From Rotaria socialis (taxonomy: Eukaryota), in assembly GCA_905331295.1 (NCBI GenBank), contig CAJNYD010000548.1:62001-126000 (forward strand): a DNA stretch of 64,000 nucleotides. The letters run 5' to 3'. The notes below the pieces were generated by a model. That model had not been told where the DNA came from, did not search any database, and saw only the letters and a program-made list of their open reading frames with translations. Both the position numbers and the translations under genes were made by a program. This document shows, one piece after another, positions 53,101-64,000 of this stretch; within the stretch, counting starts at the first letter, position 1; the number at the start of each line of letters is the position of its first letter.

Positions 53101-53752
53101 ACTTTGATATTTTTATTTTTGCTGTTAATATCTAGAAAGTCGATTTTACATATTCCGATTGAATACAGTACAGCAGTCTAGATAGCTATTCGTATAAAAG
53201 AAAAAGATAAGACAATGGTACTCAGTTCTTCGTTTCTTTCTGTTTCTGGTAGCATCAGCATATCATGCCAACATTCTTGTTATTTTTTGGTTAGTTCTTT
53301 CATTATTGTTAATATTTTCAGTAGCTTTATCAACAATTATTTAAAGACTAAAGTCAGACATTGTAAATAATGGTTACTAATCGTAGTGCACACGTCAATC
53401 CAGGATTTATTATTGATTATAATGCTACCTCGTCATTGTGTTCGATACGGAAGATCAGGTTTGTTTAATAGAATAATTGATCATTATAAAAACCAACCAG
53501 TAACAAGCACTGCATAGTATAAGTGAATTAGAGAGAGAGAGAGAGAGGGAGAGAGAGAGAAAGGTCTTTTTTATTTTATCTATCTTTGCCACATAAAATG
53601 AGAATAACAGGTGTAGGTAGATGACTTAGTATGAATTATTATCTTGATTGCTTAATCGTAAGGGAAAATTTTTGAAATATAAATGACGTCTTTTTTGTAT
53701 TTATAGTAATCAACAGGATTCGCATAACAATAATTTAATTCGACGACGGCCC

Positions 53753-54813
53753 ATGTCAAATGGAAACAATGATAAATTATTTGATGTCAAATACAAGGTT
53801 TTGTTACTTGGTGATACACTGGTAGGAAAAACTTCATTACAACGCTTTATTGCTAGAAAAGATTTTCGTCCAGCTGTTGGATCTACAATTGGTATTCGTA
53901 TTAATTTTAATGTGACAATAAAAAAAAGGTATACAATTGATTTTTATAGGGATGGATTTTATTAGTAGGGTGATTCCAGTGGAGAAAGCAAAAGTTAATC
54001 TACAGATATGGTAAGATATCATGTTTTCGTTGAGATTATTCGACTAGACTGATTTTATTATCGCTTTGAAGGGATACAGCAGGTCAAAAGAATTTTCGAA
54101 CGATTGGTAAAAGTTATTACACATCGACAAAAGCATTTGTACTAGTTTATGATGTTACGAATGAAGAGACATTTGATTTAATCCAACAATTTAGTCAATT
54201 AATTGAAGAGGTTTGTTTCGAGAAAAGGAACTTGTTTTTTTTTCTTCAAATTGTTTATGTAATATTTAGACTGAACTAGATATGGAGCGTCGATATTTGG
54301 TAGCAAATAAAATTGATTTAGTACTAAATCGACAAGTTAATGAAGAAACTGGCCGACGAGTAAACAATTGCGTCATTCATGTATCATCGTTGTTCATTTT
54401 CTATTTTTAGTTCGCTTTAAGAAATAGTATGGTTTATTTTGAAACTAGTTGTAAAACAGGTGAAAATATTCAGGAACTTTTCGAACAAATTGCTTCTGAT
54501 CTTGTTCATCACCATGATCCTAAAATAGTAGGATTGTATATAATTCATCTAATGATCTATCAATTGTTCTTTTTTCTTTTAGTTTGAATTTCATAAACCA
54601 ATGAAAGATAATTTTGCATTCAGTTATCATACATCAGCAGTTGCAAATCCTCAAATAAATGATAGAACTATCGAACAAATTAAAAAATCAAAAAAGAAAA
54701 AAAACATTTTTTCACCATTATCTTACGAGTCAGTTAATGAAAATAATGGCTTTAATTTTCGTTCTTTTATACTTTGCTGTAAACCAAAAAAAACAGTTGC
54801 CACAAATGATTAA
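53753..54813 (+). CDS. Divergent Rab-family small GTPase, 6 exons
   Basis: G1 GDTLVGKTS, STIGMDF, LQIWDTAGQ, YY..FVLVYDVTN, ANKID, FETSCK; GT-AG introns; tail ...FILCCKPKKTVATND*. Confidence 0.9.
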
Positions 54814-56354
54814 GCTTTATGAATTGGTTTGTTTTTGTGAAATTATTGTGAGATATAAATCTTTATTTTTATGAAAGGCATTGTCAGGTGTATGTGTTTG
54901 CTTTTCTATTTATAAATATCTTCTTCTCTTTGTTCAATAATCACATACAGATATAACATAATGTTTAGGTTTTCATTTTAACAATAAAAAAAACTAAGTA
55001 ATAGAAACAGTAGGACGCATCTAACCAGGCGCGCAAGCTTTTTTTTCTAAAAGAGTTATAATACAATTGAAAATCTGTGTATGACTTCAAAATATTAACT
55101 GCAAGTTCCTCTAGGCTCCATAATTTATTTTTCAAAGTTCACTCTCACTTAATCATATCATTTTCCTTTGATTTTTTGTAATTTTATTTACAACAGATAC
55201 TGTCAAACGGTCTGCAACTCTCGTAAGATTTACAATTTTTCTTTTTCATCTTAGGTATTTATTAGCTGTAGATATTAGTTGTGCAAAGTTTTGTTCTAAT
55301 TCTTTCGATGTGAGAAACAGATCCTGCGTGCATTTTCTGTTGGAAAAATGGCGCCCACTGGAAATAAGTAAAGCAGTCCTGAGTCGTTCGCCGACAGGGT
55401 ACTACTTACGACTTGTCGCTTATATGCTCCTGTTTTTATTGTATCATGAAGCTTTTACTTGTTCTCAGTATGAACCTTTTTACCCTTAGGATTGCGACCA
55501 AAACTTATATCCGACGATTAAAACACATTGTTTCTATTGCACTATTGAATATTTGCCTATTCATTTAGTGCACATCTGATTTGGCTAGATGAAATACTAT
55601 GCATTTTCTATAATTCGTGAGCAATAGTTGCGCCTACAGAATAAACATGACGAAGAAAATCCTGATAATAGATATCGAAAAGAGTTATGTCAAAATCGAG
55701 AAAGGCTCGAAAGAAAAAAATCTTGAAAAATTGATACAGGAAAATATCGACATGGAAACAGTACTAATAATCTAATTGAGATTTGTAAATGGAGGAAATT
55801 CTGCTCCTCATGCGAAATCTAGATGGCATCCACACTCTTACAATTCACTTCTATGTAAAAGAACGAATTTTTTTTTATTTTTGAAATTTAATTATTATCG
55901 AATCTTTCGAACTACATCTCAAAATAGTGTTCGTACCTGAACAAATATCAACCAATGATTATTACATGTAAAACCAAATATGAAGATTGCTGAGCTACAA
56001 ATTTTCTTATGTCTTTTATTTGTAACATATTTCACTAGATCTAGATTGTTGGCCAATGTATCACTCTTAAGGTGTAAGATTAAAAGGTAATATGTTTTCC
56101 TTGCAGAGGAATAGGAAAGTGACGTGCATAGGTTTTCCTTTTGTATGGTTGTTTTGTCTGTTACCCAACAGAAAGAAAAGATACCTTTGCAGCGATTATC
56201 GAAAATATCAAAGACAAAAATAAACATACTCTCTTTGTGTTACTCTTAATTTGTTACATTCATTCGCATTGATTATTAGCACATCTAAACCCATAGGTTC
56301 ACGAAAAAATGATTTTATACCGTTTTACTTTTATGCTAAGATGAATAGGAAAAT

Positions 56355-57190
56355 ATGTTAGAATATTACAGTATACATGGTTCCTTTAGTTTCACGCGTC
56401 AAACATTATATTCAACTGGCTCTGATCCAATATCTATGAGTGCTAGTCATTTTAATAATGACAACCAGCTGGATATTGTTGTCACTAGTTATTTTGAAAA
56501 TTCACTAGACATCATTTTTGGATATGAAAATGGCTCCTTTACAAAAACAACAACATATATAACTGATAGTCCTTCATATTCTGTGACTGTAAATGACATT
56601 AATAATGATGTCCGACCTGATGCTGTAACCATCAAATTTGATGATGCCAGTCTAATTGTCTTCATTGGAAGCAGCGATGGATCTTTTGAAAAACAAATGC
56701 TATAGTTCAACAGAGTCTAGGCCATATTTAGTAGCTGATGGCGATTTTAATAATGACAGTCGACTAGATATCGTCGCCGCTAATCAATTGGACGACATAG
56801 TAAGCGTACTTATTGGAGATATCAGTGAAACTTTCGTGAAAAAGACGACGTTCATAATAGACAATGGATCTCGACCGAAATCGCTCATAATAGATGATTT
56901 CAACAATGATACCACACTTGATATCGTTGTCACATATCATGAAAATAATACAGTAGAATTATTTCTTGGGTACGGTAATGGTTCTTTTTTTTTAAGTCAA
57001 AAAGTATTGGTCACGTTCTAATTCTCAACCAAAAGTGATTGCGGCTGCAGATCTACAGTTGTTTTCAGTCAGCCATGGATTTCACCCTTTCTCAATTTCT
57101 GTCGTTGGTTTTAACCGTGACGGAAAACTGGATTTTGGTGTTACCAACAAAAGTCTTGACAATGTGAAAGTTTTCCTTCAGATTCGTTAA
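56355..57190 (+). pseudogene. FG-GAP/VCBS-repeat gene fragment, frameshifted
   Basis: Repeats HFNNDNQLDIVV, DINNDVRPD, GDFNNDSRLDIVAAN, DDFNNDTTLDIVV, GFNRDGKLDFGV are split over different frames (breaks near 56700 and 56990); no intron seen to rescue the frame. Confidence 0.75.
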
Positions 57191-57245
57191 TGTTCGAACA
57201 CTTAGCTGTAGCGCTGTATTGCTAACACTCACTATTGGTAATATC

Positions 57246-57480
57246 CAAGGGGGAAAAAGCTGATTTAAATCACAGTAAAACTCAACTTACAATCAATATA
57301 AATTAACTATATTGGAATGAGTTTGCGTGAGTTTCGGTGCCTTTGAATGATTTTCAGTAATAATTTATGATTTGGAATAGTTTTTAGTTAGTTTAGCAAA
57401 TTTTTCGTTTTCTCAAACTCATTTTAAATCAACTAAACTCAGAAAAATCATGAAACTCATAAATCGCTTTTCTCCTCTTG
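57246..57480. mobile_element. MITE with CAAG termini and perfect 8-bp TSD (P- or hAT-like)
   Basis: TSD gtaatatc at 57238-57245 and 57481-57488; TIR caagggggaaaaagctgattta vs caagaggagaaaagcgattta. Confidence 0.85.
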
Positions 57481-58452
57481 GTAATATCTCTTGTAAAGCT
57501 ATTCTAGTCATCTCTTAATATATATATATATATATATATCAACATCTTTTTTATCGCTGTCAGATAGAAGAGTTTGGGCTAGCTATTTTTCTTCATTGAT
57601 TTGCAACCTTATAAACTATTATTTATAATCTACAGCTTTCAAAACAAATCATCAAAAGAAAGTCTTATAATAGACTTTTCCGTTGATATATTTTACAGAG
57701 ATACGAGAACATCGATGCCTATAATGGATCATGAACACAACAATAACAAAACTTTCTTCAATACTAGTTACACTATGTACTCTTTTTGTTTGATCAAGCC
57801 ATCGTAGAAAAAAATAAAAAACAAAGAGCATCTGAAAGTCCGTAGCAAGCTGCTTTGTAAAAAACTCAAACCTAAACTTTTGACTATTCTGCTTTTCTCT
57901 ATTATTAATATAGTTTTCAGTTTCACATAAGAATATAGTTAGATCTAGAAATGTAATGCATGTTTTTGTGCTATGATGAGACAACGGGTCGACAATTTGA
58001 ACCCTTAAAAAATACGATTTATATTCAGAGCCTCTAAGAACTATATGCATGTAGCTTTAGGCGAAGAGAAACATTTTGATGAGCGCGTTAAGCAACAAGA
58101 AGTACTCATGCATTCATGTGAACTACAAGAACATATCATATATAACAATAAAAAAAAGTCATTTGATGATGAAAATACATCACGACGTATTAGATAGATA
58201 TCTATACTGATTTCCGTCATGTATTTTGTTTTATATAATACTTTATTTTGGTGAGTACCACATGAGTGGTTAACACCTGCTATGAGCGAACATCGCTCCT
58301 GTAGCGTAAAAAAAACCAAATAGTTGAGAAGAAAAATAAAGATCGAGTACACTAGACACAAGGCGAGAAAAAAAAGAGAAAGACACTATAAGAGTTTAGG
58401 AAAAAACGAATAGGGAGATACAACACATGTTTAACACGGAGAATCTCAGGAC

Positions 58453-59930
58453 TTAGAAACATACTACATGGTCAAATAGAGATAGTATTCCATCATTTAG
58501 TAGGCTTTTGATGTTGTTACGTGTTCTTCCTCTACCAAATATTGATTTCTTTTCTTTTGCGAGTGAAGGATTTGTGGAATATTCTTGTAAGTAAACGATT
58601 GATAGTTTGTGTTGTAAGAAATCTTCTAGAACACGAGGATTTGTTCTGAGTATTGCTGATGTCAATTTATCCCAATGAGTATCTGCAAGTTCCTTAAACG
58701 ATTTATATTTTGGTAGACTCTCAATTTCGATGTTTGTTGCATCAAACCACTGATGCATTTTTCGAAAAATTTGACGATTCATTGCTTCGAGTTGTTTTGT
58801 TTATTCAGGGTCAAAATCGGATAAATGTTAAAAAGCGACTGGTAGTACGGTCTAATGTGAGCATTGAAAAGTCTATAGTTGACTTTCTCACTCGTCATTC
58901 GACTAGATGTGAGTCGTTTGAGCACATTCACATTTTTACGTATTTTATCTTTGATATAGTTGATGTGTGTCGTAAAGGACAATTTCGCATCGAGATGAGT
59001 ACCTAAATATTTAACCTTTTTCAGGTGCTCGATTGTGTATCCATTACATGTTATAGACGGGATTCGAGGGGATACTTGACGATGAAATAAAGTCCAGTAC
59101 GTCTTCTTTAAGTTGATTTCTTGTTTCCATGTGGTCGAGTATTTTATCAGTCGATTAAGTACATCCGTAATTTGTTCCGCTAATAAGTTAATCATTCCCG
59201 ACGAAGAAAGCAGAGACGACGGTGAGAATACAATCGATAGATCATCTGCGAAAAGATGCCGCCAGTGAATAATCGTCAATGAGTCAAGTATATCGTAATG
59301 ATACAAAATAAAAAGTACCGGACCTATGCAACTTCCCTGAGGAACACCTTTGAACAGGAAAAATTCGGGTGATCGTACACCTTTTATTTCGACATATGCG
59401 GATCTTCCTGATAAATATTTACGGAGCCAAGCAATTATGTGAGATGGACATTCGAGGCGTCTTAGTTTGATCCAAAGTCCGAAGTACCATAGTTGGTTAA
59501 AAGCTGACTTGAAATCTACAAATAGAGCTGCCGCCGCCGTATTTTTTGATAGGCTTTGACCTATTTGATCGATCATTGAGACAAGACGAACGGCCATGTT
59601 ATGTCCTGGACGAAACCCGCTCTGTTCTTTGGGCAAAATTCCTTGATCGTCCACCCACTTTCTTAAGTGGACTGGGAAACATTTTTCGTAGATTTTTGAG
59701 AAACACGGTAGTAATGAAATGGGTCTTGTTTCGTCAAGTGTTACGATTCCGGACTTGGTCTTCGTGAGTAAAATCATTTTGGCTATATGCCAATGAGCAG
59801 GAGTTTGGTAAGAAGATGCGAACGTGTTAAACGAGAACAAAATTATTTGAAGATGTCCACTAGGAAGTAGTTTCAATGTGTGATTCGACACACCGTCGAT
59901 ACCGGCTGAATTTTTATTTTTCAAAGATTT
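58453..59930 (-). mobile_element. 5'-truncated non-LTR retrotransposon ORF2 (reverse transcriptase), one frameshift; 3'UTR probably extends toward ~57600
   Basis: SAGIDGV, RPISLLPCFSKIYEK, EQSGFRPG, FVDFKSAF, GVPQGSCIGPVLFILY, LFADD, KYLG. No introns and no endonuclease upstream. Confidence 0.92.
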
Positions 59931-60211
59931 CCGTCATCTATAGTTATACGAAAGCACAAAAAAATGTTTGTCTTATTTTATTTCAAAATAACTCACATCT
60001 TTTTCAATCGAACTAGTCGATTATATATAAAAATTTAAAAACAACTACAATAATCATATTAATTAGAATGGAAATAGAATATCATCATTGAACTTACATT
60101 ATAAATCGAAACATATTTTTCGTTGACGCTGCTGCTTCTTCTATTATGAACTATTGTACCCATAGATTTCGATATTAATATAGAAGAAAATATATACAAT
60201 ATCATGGCTGC

Positions 60212-61240
60212 TTATACGTCTGATTCAAAAAACATTGGATTTATTAGAGATACATTCAATGAAGAATATTTATTCGATTCTACGGTAAGTTTTCGGCTGC
60301 AATCATTATCATTACGAAAATGGACTATGGTTGGAACATGTTGTTCTTTAATGGCTATAGCAGAATCGCGAATAACTGGATGCTTACATGAACTAGTACT
60401 AAGTGGTTCGTTTATATCTAGCGTTGTCCACGGTGTACTATCTAAAAGATGTGCAATACAATCATGAGCATCAACATCTGTTTGTCTATCGATATCATAA
60501 TCATCATATTTCTCTATAAATGAATTGTGTTTTCGTATTGTAAATGTTGCATTTGTATCATCATCTAAATCATCAAGCATTGTTCTTGTTGACGGCAATG
60601 AAAGTAATTCAATATCTATTGGGATATTTTCATAATTAACCCTCCCATTTTTGACCATTCCAGATAATATATTTTTTGTTAAATTTGGATCATCTTGTAC
60701 GAGTGATACTGATAAATGTCTTAAATGTTTTTGTCGTCGTAATAATTCCGTCTTTTTCTGACGATGGTGTTGAATAATAACAGGCAGAAGCATTAAAATA
60801 CTCAGTGCGTACATCATCGGTACAAATAATGGATTATATGATGGAAGAAATTCTTTTTCTCCATTAGAATTTATTTGATCACCATTTACTACGCGAAGAT
60901 CTTCACATTTAATATCAAGGCCATTGGCTGGAAGAATAAAATGAAAACAAACAATAAATAATTCTGTTGTGTGATATTGATAAAATATTTCAATGGAGTT
61001 TTCTTCTGATCTATTTGTTGGTAAAAATAAGCCATATTTTATTTGTCTATGTCCAAATGAACGAAATGTAATAAAATAAGAATAATTTGTTGTTAAATTG
61101 TATGATAAAATAATTGTATAATTTTCTGCATAGTTTACATCAATATTCAATGCATTAATAGGCTTTGTTTGATTATTAAGTGCTGATAAAACAGAATTTA
61201 TAGATAAATAAATAATCAGAATAATAATGCACGATAACAT
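60212..61240 (-). CDS. Intronless 342-aa type I membrane protein of unknown function
   Basis: Hydrophobic N-terminal signal peptide, ectodomain with N-x-S/T sites and two Cys, TM LFVPMMYALSILMLLPVII followed by basic HHRQKK. An ORF this long is unlikely by chance in AT-rich DNA. Confidence 0.75.
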   Translation of the reverse strand: MLSCIIILIIYLSINSVLSALNNQTKPINALNIDVNYAENYTIILSYNLTTNYSYFITFRSFGHRQIKYGLFLPTNRSEENSIEIFYQYHTTELFIVCFHFILPANGLDIKCEDLRVVNGDQINSNGEKEFLPSYNPLFVPMMYALSILMLLPVIIQHHRQKKTELLRRQKHLRHLSVSLVQDDPNLTKNILSGMVKNGRVNYENIPIDIELLSLPSTRTMLDDLDDDTNATFTIRKHNSFIEKYDDYDIDRQTDVDAHDCIAHLLDSTPWTTLDINEPLSTSSCKHPVIRDSAIAIKEQHVPTIVHFRNDNDCSRKLTVESNKYSSLNVSLINPMFFESDV

Positions 61241-64000
61241 GAAACAGTTTTTCTTTCTTTTAATGTTGAATTTATCGAAGAAAAAAAACTCTTCTTTGAT
61301 TCAATCTATTTGTGTTCAATGTAAAGAATAGAAATAAATGTCTTACTAATATGAAGCTTGTCTGACACTCGACTTATTTTTTTCTTTCTTTTCCCACAGA
61401 ATTTTATTCTCGCCTGTTTTTCTGCTTTCTAGCGACATTGAAATAAGCATTAGCAGAATTTGCAAAAAGAGAAAAAAAAGACGACACACTATGAGGAAAC
61501 TGTGTTTGCTTCTTATTCATACAGCCGATTACTGTTCTTATGCCAATGAACCATGTGTCAATGAAAATTTCCTCTAAGCAACTTTCCTTCTTTTTTTTCT
61601 ATCAATCTTTCACTCTGGAAAAAACAAAAAGTATACTTTTGTGTGACTTTCTATATTTATATAGAAGTGTGTCCATTTGCGTTTCCGCTTCTAAGTTCTT
61701 TTTTTATGAGACTGACGTCATCGTCAAAACTTTTTGATCAACGATATTTACTAATCATTTGGAAAGAATCATGAAAAAGCCCTACTATAAACAGCTGCAA
61801 TGAAGTTTTTCATATATTTCACCTGCAGTTTTACCCATATATTATTATTAAAAAGTGATAAGTCTATATATTCATCATAGAAATGAATGATTGTGAAGCT
61901 GCAGGAAAAGAAAAAGGTTGATGGTAAATAGAGAAAGTGCTCATCAATCTCATTGTTATGATATTAAGTAGTTGCTGTTAAGAACAAAAGGAAACTATTG
62001 AACATTTTCTGTAGACAAATTGATTTAATAGTTTAGTCGTATGGCTATTCATCAGAATATTTCACATCAATAGTATTCATAGAATGGCACTCAATCTTAT
62101 CATTAATTGATTGCATAATTTTCGTATCTTAGATAGTGTGACACGCTTTTTTAGGGTTATCTGATGAGTTTCTATTACTTTCTCTAAGGATAAGATAATA
62201 AAAACGTCTGTCACTGATGACTGTTAATAGCAACGGAAATAAAACAATTAATAAATACAGAACATTGTAGTGCATTGCAGCATGAATCAAGCAAGATCGT
62301 TACTCGTGAAACAAGTGCCTACTGGCAAGTGGATGAAACTTCAGTTATTTTGACACATTAATCTAAGTGGTGACGACTTCACTATAGTCTTCAACGGTGA
62401 GCGTGAGTGAATGAGAGATAAAATTTAAAGATCTGGCAACTCTATTTCAGGAACTACAATTTTACACTATTGTATCAGATTTGTGTCACTTAAAGGTATT
62501 GCTTTTAAGAGAAAAAACTGAGCACACTTTAGTTAATTACAATGCTACTGAGTTATAAGGAAATGTGAATATCAGATGTAACAGAAGTATGAGTTCAGCC
62601 ACTACTGCGCCGCTTAGTTTATTTCGTAATTTAACGGTCTATTATTCACATAATATAGATCATTCAATACTGCGTGAAAAATATGCCAAAAATAAAACTA
62701 AAAGATTATTCGTCAAGGCTACAGGAGATGAGAGCTATTCATTTTTTAAATTCAGTAAATCAGAATCACAAGTAAGTAACACTTGTTCTAGGGGATATTC
62801 AGATTTATCGAAATTTATTAAAATATCTTTGAGCATAAGAAAATACGCCAGAATTACTTCACTTTTTAAAATCGATTTTAAGCTTAGCTCTGAAGTGTGT
62901 ATGAGCAATAATACTAGTTCGACAGTGAATTTGCTATGTATAAACTCGCCATTTTTAGTATTACTTGGTTTTGTCGAAATAATTAATACTCAATGGGCAT
63001 GTTTTTGTTTACTTCAATGAAATTTAATGCATTTCTTCAGAATCTTTCTGCCATACAATGCACTCGTTCGATGATGAAATTCAGAAAAATTGAAGAGAAA
63101 TTGCTAATTATTTTGCTATATCCTTTGAATGAAACTCGTAATATATTATATTGAAAATTATTCTGAACTGAGCATGATCAAGATTCATGAAAAATAAGGT
63201 CTCTTCTTGGATAAGATGTTATCTAAAATAGTAATAAATTTGATAAGTATATTGATAAATTTGTCTAATTAAGAGGAAAAACAGAGTCGAAGATCCCATT
63301 TCTGCGTAATAGTAGCCTCGAACCTTGAATAACTCAAAAATAAAACGTACACTCGATTTTAAGTATAAGTCATATCGTTGATAAATGCAATTTATATCAT
63401 CATAAAAACAGCGGCAGTTTTTTCAATTTTTTCCGTCATAAATAAAGGCATCTCATAGACTTTTCCTCTGATGCATACTATAATTTCATAAGAATCTCTA
63501 TAATAGTTGCCATAGAATGTGCACAGCTACTCTATCGTCTTGACGAAAAGAACAAATACGCAATTACGCTTAAACTTAAAATATAATTCAATTGAAATCC
63601 GTCCTAAAAATTATTTTCAAACTTTTACTCTTAATTGAGGGAGAATAATTGATCGAAACGACAAATCGATTAGGTTATTTTTAAGCACTGCAGATGTTTG
63701 CGTTTTGCATGTTTGAGGTTATCCAACTCATTTTGGTGACAAATATCTGTTTGAATGATAATAAACATAATCCATCATACGCGAATGGAGTGTCGTCGTT
63801 GTTTTGAAATATGACGCGAGAAATTATTGTGATGATTGATCTTTTGTCTGATCAGCTAACAATAGTCAATAATAGAATTATACCATTTTTATACATATGA
63901 AAATATCAACTACGAAAAACACATAAGCAACGCTATTGAATGACTGATGCATTGTGGATTTCAAGTTCGAATTCTAAGACAATTTTTATTTAACAAAAGA

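Noticed and set aside
57948..58000. Hammerhead-ribozyme-like motif (atgatga-gac-aacgg-gtc-gaca) near the LINE 3' region
   Set aside because: Two invariant core positions mismatch (CUGAUGA and GAAA expected), stems I and III are poor, and it is antisense to the element. A covariance-model search of other copies would be needed to revive it.
62214..62240. ctgatga...gaaa hammerhead-like core
   Set aside because: Stem II cannot close in the required register and no stems I/III were found.
62565..63400. 151-aa plus-strand ORF and a Leu-rich, stop-interrupted minus-strand frame
   Set aside because: No recognisable domain or consistent exon structure; may be a pseudogene remnant but unsupported.

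Overview
AT-rich eukaryotic genomic DNA with many short (~50-75 nt) GT-AG introns and two scaffold gaps (N at 4259-4382 and 13138-13237). Intron size, a bacterial-type C1A peptidase carrying spliceosomal introns, FG-GAP repeats and the MITE content suggest a bdelloid rotifer; this is an inference, not verified. Genes reconstructed by hand from splice sites: an EF-hand/Gly-Ser/Pro-rich protein, a C1A peptidase with a defective acceptor before its catalytic-Cys microexon, a partial ADI1, CRAT (C-terminal AKL), MGAT2, DCTN6, an F-box/LRR protein, a ZnF-dsRBD-RGG-DZF protein, SLC35E1, a CELF3-6-type protein, a divergent Rab, a frameshifted FG-GAP fragment and an orphan single-pass membrane protein. 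Intergenic DNA at about 3.3-11.2, 22.7-23.6, 29.6-31.0, 35.8-39.0 and 57.2-59.9 kb is packed with non-autonomous transposons (P/hAT-like, CMC-like, Tc1/mariner, piggyBac), a solo LTR and two LINE fragments, several nested with readable TSDs. Most notable: a possible MGAT2-CRAT-ADI1 polycistronic/trans-spliced cluster, a hybrid DZF domain architecture, the symmetric EF-hand protein, alternative first exons in the CELF and F-box genes, and a three- to four-level nested transposon stack. No rRNA, tRNA or CRISPR array was recognised. Coordinates were counted by eye and may be off by a few bases.
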